Source: Candidatus Omnitrophota bacterium | Lineage (GTDB): Bacteria > Ratteibacteria > UBA8468 > B48-G9 > DTJG01 | Length of the DNA stretch: 64,000 nucleotides | Assembly: GCA_023818965.1 (NCBI GenBank) | Contig: JAMWCD010000001.1 | Span: 9,509 to 73,508 of the forward strand | Direction of reading: 5' to 3' | Shown here: positions 29,329-37,876 of the stretch, in pieces | How the letters are laid out: each line of letters begins with the position of its first letter | How positions within the stretch are numbered: the first letter of the stretch is position 1 | Program-made: the position numbers and the translations under genes | The notes under the pieces: model-generated | Database searches by the model: none | Seen by the model: the letters and a program-made list of their open reading frames with translations, nothing else | What the model was told of the DNA's origin: nothing

Positions 29329-30797
29329 AAAAAGAAAAGAAATATCTTGCAATAGACATTGGTGCTTCTAATGGAAAAGCTGTTTGTGGTGTACTGAGAA
29401 ATGGGAAATTTGAACTTAATGAGGTATACAGATTTCCTAATGAGCCTGTTTACATCAATAATAGTTTGAGGTGGAATATCGTTTCATTGTGGAAAGAAGT
29501 GCAGAATTGCATTTCTGCATGCAGGGCTGAAGGATTTGACGATATATCAAGCATTGGTATTGACACATGGGGAGTTGATTTTGTTCTACTGGATAAAAAC
29601 AGACAAATATTACAGATTCCTTATCATTACAGGGATAATCTTACAAAAGGGGTTGAAAAGATAATTTCAAAAAAGATAAACGAGGAAAAACTTTATACAA
29701 TTACAGGATTGTTTATAAACAAGGTTACCAGTTTATCTCAAATGGTTAGTTTGAAAGAGAAATCAAAATGGATTCTTGATATCGCTGATGTATTTTTGAT
29801 GATGCCTGACTTTTTCAGATACTTACTTTCTGGTAACATCGGCTGTGAACTTACAGTCGCAAGCTCTTCTCAACTTCTTGATATTAGAGAGAAAAAATGG
29901 AGCGAAAAGGTTTTTGATACTTTTAACCTTCCTATAAGAATTATGCCAGAAATCATTCAACCCGGAACAATCTGTGGAAAGATGTACAAGCAGTTTTCTG
30001 ATGAATATTCTTTAAAGGACGTAAATATTGTAGCAACTGCTGGCCATGATACTGCGTCAGCAGCCGCCGCAGTGCCTTTTGTTTCTGAAGATACATTGTT
30101 TATAAGTTCAGGCACATGGATTGTTTTCGGACTGATCTCAAATTCTGTTAAAACGGATGAAGAAACTTATAAATCTGGATTTATTAACGAAGCAGGATTT
30201 AATTCTGTGTTAATTGTCAGAAATCTGGCAGGTCTTTATTTGTTTGAAAATTTTTACAGGCAGTTGCTCGAGAAGAATAAGAAACTTACATACAGGGATA
30301 TAATTTCTTCTGCTGCATCTACTAAGGGTTTTAAATTTTTTATCAACCCAAATGACAGTATTTTTTTCTTGACTGAAAATGTTGAATCAGCCGTTAGGGA
30401 ATACTGTTTGAAAACCGAACAGAAATATTCCGAAAATCCTGCTGATATATTTCGCACGATCCTTGAAGGGATTGCGATCAGTTTTATAAAGCCCAAAGAA
30501 GACCTTGAAAGATATATGAAAAAGGCATTCAACAAAATTTGTATGGTGGGAGGGGGTGTGAGAAATAACCTTTTGAGTCAGATGATTGCCGATGCAACAG
30601 GACTTGACGTTATTACAGGTCATGCTGAAGCAACATCGCTCGGTAATCTTTGTATCCAGGCTTTCGCGGATGGAGAAATCAAGGACATTTCAAAAATTAG
30701 AGATATTGCAGCAAACTCATGTAAAATGCGTGTTTTTCATCCAGGAAATACAGAAAAATGGCTTAAACATTTTGAAAAATTCAGAAATTTGTTATAA
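29325..30797 (+). CDS. FGGY carbohydrate kinase, rhamnulokinase/fuculokinase-like
   Basis: AIDIGASNG, GIDTWGVDF, HYRD, GHDTASA, ISSGTW, VGGG, EATSLGN. Confidence 0.9.
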   Translation: MKKEKKYLAIDIGASNGKAVCGVLRNGKFELNEVYRFPNEPVYINNSLRWNIVSLWKEVQNCISACRAEGFDDISSIGIDTWGVDFVLLDKNRQILQIPYHYRDNLTKGVEKIISKKINEEKLYTITGLFINKVTSLSQMVSLKEKSKWILDIADVFLMMPDFFRYLLSGNIGCELTVASSSQLLDIREKKWSEKVFDTFNLPIRIMPEIIQPGTICGKMYKQFSDEYSLKDVNIVATAGHDTASAAAAVPFVSEDTLFISSGTWIVFGLISNSVKTDEETYKSGFINEAGFNSVLIVRNLAGLYLFENFYRQLLEKNKKLTYRDIISSAASTKGFKFFINPNDSIFFLTENVESAVREYCLKTEQKYSENPADIFRTILEGIAISFIKPKEDLERYMKKAFNKICMVGGGVRNNLLSQMIADATGLDVITGHAEATSLGNLCIQAFADGEIKDISKIRDIAANSCKMRVFHPGNTEKWLKHFEKFRNLL

Positions 30798-30816
30798 CTT
30801 CAAAGGAGGAATTTTG

Positions 30817-32157
30817 ATGGAAAGATATCATTTGCCTGAGATTTTTCTAAATACGCTTGATGGAATTGATTTGAAGACGCATATAGTCGCAACATACTAT
30901 TTGAAGGATCGGCTTGAAGGGGTGGAATTTATTGACCATTTCGAACTTCTTCAAGCCATTGCGCTTGAGGGTTCGACAGGAACATGGGAAAAAGTTGAAG
31001 AGGATACTCTGCAGGTCAGACAAAAACTTTCAGGAAAACTTGTGGGTTACTATGAAATACCCACAGAAGATAAATATACCAGAGAAGCAGTGGTCCAGTT
31101 TGCTTTTCCAATATACGCATGGACAGACAACTTACCGATGATGTTACTTTCAATCGCAGGAAATTGTTTTGCCTATTCCCAGAATCTTAGACTTCTTGAT
31201 ATATTTTTACCATCGGAAATTCTTGATAAATTTTGTGGTCCGAAATTTGGTGTTGAAGGAATAAGAAAGATTACTGGTGTAGCTGAAAGACCGTTTTCAC
31301 TTCATATCATAAAGCCGAAAATGGGAATGACTCCGAAACAGGTTGCCAATCAGGTTTATCAGACAGCCCTTGGTGGAGTTGATATGGCAAAGGATGACGA
31401 AATGACATCCGATGTCTACAACAATACATACCTTGATAGGTTGGATGCTGTGCTTGAGAAACTCTATAAAGCAGAGAAGCAGACAGGAAAAAAGGTAATA
31501 TATTTTTTGAGTATTACGCACGAACCGGATAAAATTGTTGAACGGGCGCGCAAGGCTGTAAAAAACGGTGCAAATGGACTTCTGATAACATATTCAGCAG
31601 GATTGCCTGTTTTAAGGCAGATTGCTTCTGATCCGAAAATTAATGTACCGATTCTCTGGCATGCTTCGCATATGATAGCTGCGCAACCCAGAATTTCATG
31701 GCCTGTGTTTGCGAAACTTGCACGGGTCTGTGGTGCTGATTTGATGCTGACTCCAACGTACTGGTCATCGATACCGATGGTAAGTATGGAAGAAGGCCTT
31801 CGCACGGCTCATGTGAAACTTGCTCCACTTGGTAAGATCAAACAAACATTCCCAATGCCGTGTGCCGGGGTCTACCCGGGACTGGCGCCGGTTATTATAG
31901 GAGAATATGGAACTGACATCGTCATACCTGCTGGAGGTGGAATGCTTGGGCATCCTGACGGCTACACTGCTGGTGCGGCTGCATGGCAGCAAGCAATATC
32001 AGCGGTAATGGAAGGGGTCCATATTGTTGAATATGCAAAAAGGCCAGAAAATCGTGCTTTGAGAAGAGCAATCGAAAAATGGGGATACATTGAAAGACCA
32101 AAAACACCATGGTTGAGGGTTGCACCTCAATTTCATCCAAAAAGGATGGAAATATAA
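30817..32157 (+). CDS. RuBisCO-like protein (form IV)
   Basis: EGSTGTW, IAGN, GPKFG, IIKPKMG, KDDE, GGGMLGHPDG; loop-6 lysine absent. RBS AAGGAGG before ATG 30817. Confidence 0.92.
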   Translation: MERYHLPEIFLNTLDGIDLKTHIVATYYLKDRLEGVEFIDHFELLQAIALEGSTGTWEKVEEDTLQVRQKLSGKLVGYYEIPTEDKYTREAVVQFAFPIYAWTDNLPMMLLSIAGNCFAYSQNLRLLDIFLPSEILDKFCGPKFGVEGIRKITGVAERPFSLHIIKPKMGMTPKQVANQVYQTALGGVDMAKDDEMTSDVYNNTYLDRLDAVLEKLYKAEKQTGKKVIYFLSITHEPDKIVERARKAVKNGANGLLITYSAGLPVLRQIASDPKINVPILWHASHMIAAQPRISWPVFAKLARVCGADLMLTPTYWSSIPMVSMEEGLRTAHVKLAPLGKIKQTFPMPCAGVYPGLAPVIIGEYGTDIVIPAGGGMLGHPDGYTAGAAAWQQAISAVMEGVHIVEYAKRPENRALRRAIEKWGYIERPKTPWLRVAPQFHPKRMEI

Positions 32158-32188
32158 AAAATCCTTTACCATCACTAAAGGAGGAGCA

Positions 32189-33166
32189 ATGTATAAAAAT
32201 TATAAACTCGGTGCATGTCTACCAACTTTTGGTTCATGTGCTGATAGATTTTGTCTTTCTGGTTATGGAAAAGGTGGAAAAACAATGGAAGAAATGGTTG
32301 AACTCGCGAAAAAGGTCGAAGGTCTTGATGGACTTGAACTTGTTAGTAACTGGCATATAAATGACAGGAATATCAGATATGTTGAAAAACTTTTCAAGGA
32401 CAATGGTTTTGAAATATGTATGGTTGTACCTGATTTGTGGACACGTGCAGAATGGGGTAGTGGTAGTATAGCATCATCTGATAAAGAAACAAGAAAAAAG
32501 GCGATTGAAGAGATTAAAAAAAGTATTGATTGGGCAGCAGAGATTGGCTGTAAGTATGTTGATGTATGGCCTGGTCAGGATGGTTACGATTATCCGTTTC
32601 AAGCAGATTACCCTGAAGCATGGAAAAGAATGAGGGAAGCCATTGCGGAATGTGCCAGTTATAATAAAAATGTGAAAGTTCTTGTTGAATACAAGATGAA
32701 AGAACCAAGAACTCACTGTTTTATCAGCAATGCTGGAAAGGCTGTGTTGCTGATTCAGGGAATAGAGAATACAGGATGTCTTCTTGACGTGGGACACAGT
32801 CTTGCAGCAGGAGAGAATATGGCAGAGGCAGTTTGTCTTCTTTCCCAAAACGGAGTGCTATCATACATTCATCTGAATGATAATTACGGGTTATGGGATG
32901 ATGATCTCCTTGTTTCATCTGTCCATATTGTTGAATATCTTGAATTCATTTACTGGTTAAAAGAATCTGGATATAATGGATGGTTAACACTTGATATTTT
33001 TCCTTATAGAGAAGAAAAGGTTTCTGCAGCAAGAAATTCTTTTGAATGGATAAGGTTCTTGTTTGAGAAGATTGAGAAAACAGGTATGTCAGAAATTAGA
33101 AATGTTATTGAAAAAGCAGATGGAAACGAAGTTTCATCTCTTGTTAGAAAGATTTTATCGTGTTAA
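32189..33166 (+). CDS. Xylose-isomerase-like TIM-barrel sugar isomerase
   Basis: WPGQDGYDYPFQ, EYKMKEPR, LDVGH, HLNDNY..WDDDL, LDIFP metal-ligand motifs. RBS AAGGAGGAG. Confidence 0.85.
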   Translation: MYKNYKLGACLPTFGSCADRFCLSGYGKGGKTMEEMVELAKKVEGLDGLELVSNWHINDRNIRYVEKLFKDNGFEICMVVPDLWTRAEWGSGSIASSDKETRKKAIEEIKKSIDWAAEIGCKYVDVWPGQDGYDYPFQADYPEAWKRMREAIAECASYNKNVKVLVEYKMKEPRTHCFISNAGKAVLLIQGIENTGCLLDVGHSLAAGENMAEAVCLLSQNGVLSYIHLNDNYGLWDDDLLVSSVHIVEYLEFIYWLKESGYNGWLTLDIFPYREEKVSAARNSFEWIRFLFEKIEKTGMSEIRNVIEKADGNEVSSLVRKILSC

Positions 33167-33195
33167 TAATTTTTTGATTTTACAGAGGTGTTCTC

Positions 33196-34287
33196 ATGGC
33201 GATTCAAATCAAAGTTCCTGACGTCGGAACAACAGTTGAAGAGGTAACCCTTATTAAGTGGAGAAAAAATCAGGGAGATTTTATTAAGAAAGGAGAGATT
33301 ATTGCTGAAATTGAAACCGACAAGGCAGTTGTAGAACTTGAGTCAATTGCCGAAGGAAAAATTTTGAAAATTCTTTGTAAAGAAGGGGATGTGATTAAAA
33401 AGGGTGAAACTATTGCCTATGTTGGCGACGAGGGTGAAGTAATTGAAATTCCAGAAAAAATTCAACCCAAAATTTCACCAGCCCTGAAAGCGCTTGCTGA
33501 TAAACTTGGTGTGGATTTATCAAAGGTTAAGGGCTCCGGTCCTGATGGTACTATCACAAGAAAGGATATTTTAGAGGCCAGGGGAAAGTTAGCAGACAAA
33601 CAAGGAATGATGGAAGAGACAGTCATTATGCCTGATTACCAGAAATCAGTGATGAAAACAGTTATTGCAAGCCATAGAGAAATTCCTCCAGTACATTTTA
33701 CTTCTTTCATTGACATGGAAAAGGTGCTTGAATTTCGAGAAAAAATATTAAGACAGGAGAAAATAAAGATTATATTTGATGCATTTTTTATTTTTGCGTG
33801 TAGCAGAGCGATAAAAGTTTTTCCTGAAATGCAGCATTACATTCTTGAAGGGACATTAAGGAAGAGAGACCAAATTTCTATTGCTTTTGCTGTATCTTCT
33901 GACAGAAAACTTTATCTTCCTGTTATAAGAGATTGTGATCGCAAGTCCATAATGGAAATCGCATTACAGACAAATGACATTATAAACAGGATTAATGAAG
34001 GAAAGCTTCTGGGAGATGACGTAACCAGTGGTTGCTTTCTTGTTAGCAATCTCGGGATGTATCCTGTTGAATTTTTTGATGCGATGATTTACCCTGGACA
34101 TTCAGGTGCGCTTGCGATTGGTTCAATATCAAAAAAGCCTGTTGTGATTGGCGATAGTATTGTAATAAAGAATATTTGTAATATCACGCTTTCATGTGAC
34201 CACAGGATAATCAATGGTTCCGTTGCTGTAAGTTTCCTGAAAAATGTCAAAGATATTATTGAAAACGGACTTTTTATGGAGGAGTGA
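33196..34287 (+). CDS. Dihydrolipoamide acyltransferase (E2)
   Basis: Lipoyl domain ETDKA, subunit-binding domain GSGPDGTITRKD, catalytic SNLG and DHRIING. Confidence 0.93.
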   Translation: MAIQIKVPDVGTTVEEVTLIKWRKNQGDFIKKGEIIAEIETDKAVVELESIAEGKILKILCKEGDVIKKGETIAYVGDEGEVIEIPEKIQPKISPALKALADKLGVDLSKVKGSGPDGTITRKDILEARGKLADKQGMMEETVIMPDYQKSVMKTVIASHREIPPVHFTSFIDMEKVLEFREKILRQEKIKIIFDAFFIFACSRAIKVFPEMQHYILEGTLRKRDQISIAFAVSSDRKLYLPVIRDCDRKSIMEIALQTNDIINRINEGKLLGDDVTSGCFLVSNLGMYPVEFFDAMIYPGHSGALAIGSISKKPVVIGDSIVIKNICNITLSCDHRIINGSVAVSFLKNVKDIIENGLFMEE

Positions 34288-35253
34288 ATGAAAGAAAATT
34301 ACTATAGTACGGAACAGTTGCTTATGTTTTACAGAAAAATGGTTTTGATCAGAGAATTCGAAGAACGTGTAAAATTTTTGTTTCTGGAAGGTACCATGCC
34401 AGGAACAATACATCAGTATCAGGGGCAGGAAGCGTGCGCAGTTGGTGTTTGTTCTGCCTTGAAAAAAGGAGATATTATTACAACTACTCACAGGCCTCAC
34501 GGACATTGTATTGCAATGGGTATGGACATTAAATCAATGATGGCTGAATTATTTGGTAAGGTGACTGGTTGTTGCAGGGGGAAAGGTGGTTCTATGCACA
34601 TGGGAGACATTGAGAAAGGTGTTGTGCCTGGCATTGCTATAGTTGGAGGAGGGATTCCCATCGCCACAGGCATAGGATTTGGTTTCAAAATGAAAAATAT
34701 GCCGAATGTTGCTGTTTGCTTTATGGGTGATGGTGCAACAAATGAAGGCACCTTTCATGAATCTTTAAATATGGCTTCTGTCTGGAATTTACCGGTTATT
34801 TATGTTGTTGAAAATAACCTCTATGGTGCGTCAACTCATGTTTCTCTTGTAATGAAGGTTGAAAAAATTTCAGAAAGAGCATCTGCCTATAGAATTCCGG
34901 GGATTACAATTGATGGAAACGATGTTATCAAAGTTTATGAAACCGCCATGGAAGCAGTTGAGAAGGCTCGTTCGGGAGGTGGTCCCACGCTTATTGAACT
35001 TTTGACCTACAGGATTACAGGCCATTCAAGAAGAGACCCTGCAGCATACCAGCCTCCTGAGGAAAAGAAAAAAGCTCTTGAGAATGAACCAATAAAAAAA
35101 TTTACTTCTTTTCTCCTTTCAAGAGGTGTCAGCAAGGAAATAATTGAAAGCATCAGAGAAGAAGTAAAAATTGAAATTGAAGAGGCGGTAAAATATGCGA
35201 TGGAATCTGAATATCCATTACCAGAAGATACCCTCAATGATTTATTTGCTTGA
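34288..35253 (+). CDS. ThDP-dependent dehydrogenase E1 alpha (PDH/acetoin dehydrogenase-like)
   Basis: GQEA, THRPHGH, GKGGSMH, GDGATNEG..ENNLY, YRITGHS. Confidence 0.93.
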   Translation: MKENYYSTEQLLMFYRKMVLIREFEERVKFLFLEGTMPGTIHQYQGQEACAVGVCSALKKGDIITTTHRPHGHCIAMGMDIKSMMAELFGKVTGCCRGKGGSMHMGDIEKGVVPGIAIVGGGIPIATGIGFGFKMKNMPNVAVCFMGDGATNEGTFHESLNMASVWNLPVIYVVENNLYGASTHVSLVMKVEKISERASAYRIPGITIDGNDVIKVYETAMEAVEKARSGGGPTLIELLTYRITGHSRRDPAAYQPPEEKKKALENEPIKKFTSFLLSRGVSKEIIESIREEVKIEIEEAVKYAMESEYPLPEDTLNDLFA

Positions 35254-35264
35254 AAAGGAGAAAA

Positions 35265-36287
35265 ATGGCAAGATTAACAATTGCTGAAGCACTGAGGGAA
35301 GCAATAAGGGAAGAAATGAGAAGAGACGAAAATGTTTATTGCATCGGAGAAGACATCGGTATTCCTGGTGGCTGGGGAGGTGCATTTACTGTGACACTCG
35401 GTCTTGAAAAAGAATTTCCTGATAGAATTATCAATACACCCATCTCAGAAGCAGGATTTTTTGGGGTTGCCCTTGGTTCTTCATTGATTGGATTAAGACC
35501 GATTATTGATGTTCAATATGGAGATTTTCTTTTCTGCGCCATGGACCAGATTGCAAATCAAATAGCAAAATTGAGATATATGTCCGGAGGAAAAGTCAAG
35601 ATACCCATTGTGATTAGAGCACCTGTGGGAGTGACGGGTCGTGGAGCTCAACACTCCCAGATGATGGAACCATTTTTTCATTGTCTGCCAGGTATTAAGA
35701 TTGTGGTTCCAGCAACAGCATATGATGCAAAAGGTCTTCTGAAGACTGCTGTAAGGGATGATAACCCAGTATTAATTTTCGAACATAAACTGCTTTATGG
35801 CGCAAAGGGAGTTAGAAGTGAATCAGGTTCAATCGATGCCTCAAGCGAAATACCTGAGGAAGAATATACAATTCCATTTGGAAAAGCAGTAGTAAGAAAA
35901 CAGGGTAAAGACATAACCATAATTGCAACACTTTTGATGATGTACAGGGCATATGAAGCAGCACAAATACTGGAAGAACAAGGAATATCTGTGGAGGTTA
36001 TAGATCCCAGGTCTCTTGTTCCCTTTGACTGGGAAACAGTAAAAAAGTCAATTGCAAAAACAGGCCGTGTTGTTATAGTTGAAGAGAGCCCTCGCCGTGG
36101 CGGGATAGGTGCTGAAATCGCAGCAACAATTGCTGAAGAGATGCTCGATTTTCTTATTGCCCCAGTAAGAAGAATTGCTGCACCTGATACGCCTGCTCCA
36201 TTTTCACCTGTTATGGAAAAGTTCTATGTTCCAAGCACTGAAAGAATTGTGCAGACAGTAAAGGAAATTATTAATATCAGTTCTTAA
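35265..36287 (+). CDS. ThDP-dependent dehydrogenase E1 beta
   Basis: GEDIG, NTPISE, AQHSQ, FEHKLLY, VIDPRSLVP. RBS AAGGAG before ATG 35265. Confidence 0.93.
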   Translation: MARLTIAEALREAIREEMRRDENVYCIGEDIGIPGGWGGAFTVTLGLEKEFPDRIINTPISEAGFFGVALGSSLIGLRPIIDVQYGDFLFCAMDQIANQIAKLRYMSGGKVKIPIVIRAPVGVTGRGAQHSQMMEPFFHCLPGIKIVVPATAYDAKGLLKTAVRDDNPVLIFEHKLLYGAKGVRSESGSIDASSEIPEEEYTIPFGKAVVRKQGKDITIIATLLMMYRAYEAAQILEEQGISVEVIDPRSLVPFDWETVKKSIAKTGRVVIVEESPRRGGIGAEIAATIAEEMLDFLIAPVRRIAAPDTPAPFSPVMEKFYVPSTERIVQTVKEIINISS

Positions 36288-37633
36288 ATTAATCCTTCCT
36301 GGGATATGATGATATCCTGGACCTGTTTAACAGGTACTGCATTTACATCACACCTGTTTTTGAGTGCGACTGCTGCCATTACACCTGCGGCATGTCCGGT
36401 TGCCATACAGGTTGCCATTACCCTGATTGCTCCCATTGCCTTATGGTCAGCAGAAATACATCTACCTGCAACAAGTAAATTTTTTGATTGCTCAGGGATT
36501 AAACACCTTGCAGCGATACTGAACCAGTCATTTTCTGGTGGATGAAGTTTGCTTTTTGAAGGAAGATAGTCCTTATATCTGTCAAGCATGAAACAATACT
36601 GGGTTGTTTCGCATTCCTTACAGCACAAATGAGTATTTATTGTTCTTCCAAGTGGGCAGTGTATATCAATCCAGTATGTGCAACGTGCAATACTATCATC
36701 TGCCTTTTTCCCTTCAATAACATCCTGTTCATTGAGAGTGTACAGTCCTTTAATCTGTCTTGTTTCCCTTATCCCTGCATTGATATGAAATGATGAAATA
36801 TAGGAATTTTCAAATCCCTTCACATTGTTTTTGAAAAATTCATAGATTTTGAATGCTTCCTTTCTTAATTCAATTTCAGCCTGTGTAAGTTCAATGGCAT
36901 TTGTTGCATCTCCGGCAAATCTTGTCATATTAAAACTTCTTTCGCCTTTTCTTATGGTGCTTCCCTTTCCGCCAGGACCTTCATTGTATATTTTCAGTTC
37001 TCCATTCTGTCTCAATTGTTTCAGTTTTTCTCTTGCTTCCCTTACGATATCTTCTGTTAATTTTTCTTCATCAATGCCTGCGATTTTAAAAACACTTCCC
37101 ATGGATTCTGTTTTTCCATCCTGTGGCCTCCCTTTTGTGCATTCAAAACCTCCAAAGTATGCGATATCAGCATCACCAGTTCCATCAATGAAAATTTCTC
37201 CTTCTATTTCCATTTTTCCATTCTTATTAACAACTTCAATTGATTTAACTTTTCCATTTTCAGAGTTTACTGCTGAAAGGCAGGAATGATACAAAAATTT
37301 TACTCCTGCATCAAGAAGAACCTGTTCTGCTGCAATTTTAAGTAATTCTGAATCAAAAGGGATTCCGTATTTTTTGAATGCTTTTTCCCATGGTTCACAG
37401 CCACCAATTTTATGTAAATGTTCAATAAGTACTTTCAAAAATCCTGCGACTGCTGGTTGGTTTTCATTAAGATAATGTCCGAGAATTGGACCAACAATTC
37501 CTGTTGTTGCCATCCCGCCGCAAAAACCGTATCTTTCAACAAGTAGTGTTTCTGCTCCTGTTTTTGCTGATGCCCATGCAGCAGCCATTCCTGCTGGTCC
37601 TGCTCCGACTACAACGACTTTTGATTTCATCAT
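36284..37633 (-). CDS. FAD-dependent oxidoreductase
   Basis: VVVGAGPAG, IDGTGDAD, GIRETRQI, LLVAGRCIS, RVMATCMATGHAAG. Confidence 0.9.
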   Translation of the reverse strand: MMKSKVVVVGAGPAGMAAAWASAKTGAETLLVERYGFCGGMATTGIVGPILGHYLNENQPAVAGFLKVLIEHLHKIGGCEPWEKAFKKYGIPFDSELLKIAAEQVLLDAGVKFLYHSCLSAVNSENGKVKSIEVVNKNGKMEIEGEIFIDGTGDADIAYFGGFECTKGRPQDGKTESMGSVFKIAGIDEEKLTEDIVREAREKLKQLRQNGELKIYNEGPGGKGSTIRKGERSFNMTRFAGDATNAIELTQAEIELRKEAFKIYEFFKNNVKGFENSYISSFHINAGIRETRQIKGLYTLNEQDVIEGKKADDSIARCTYWIDIHCPLGRTINTHLCCKECETTQYCFMLDRYKDYLPSKSKLHPPENDWFSIAARCLIPEQSKNLLVAGRCISADHKAMGAIRVMATCMATGHAAGVMAAVALKNRCDVNAVPVKQVQDIIISQEGLI

Positions 37634-37876
37634 CCCCCCTGGTATAATAATCACTATTATGGACTATGCAGATTAAAACATAGATTTTTTAATTTTGCAA
37701 TTGTTAACCTCCCATAAGAATAGAAAATAGGAGATGGATTGAGGTGATTTTCTTTGACAATGATTTTAACTTCACCCCATCATGACAATTTTTTTCTGTT
37801 GGGACTGTAATCAGATTTACCTGACGCGTGATTTGATGTATAATTTTAAAGGAATCAAGATAACAGGGAGGTAAAA

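Noticed and set aside
30586-30816. ORF-track N-terminal extensions (also 20343, 32120, 45456, 47081, 53873, 54372, 55248, 56720)
   Set aside because: They overlap neighbouring genes or elements; downstream starts have better RBS, signal-peptide or prepilin motifs.
30817-32157. True carboxylating RuBisCO / Calvin cycle
   Set aside because: Loop-6 lysine and second phosphate-site residues are missing; no small subunit, phosphoribulokinase or activase nearby; context is sugar catabolism.
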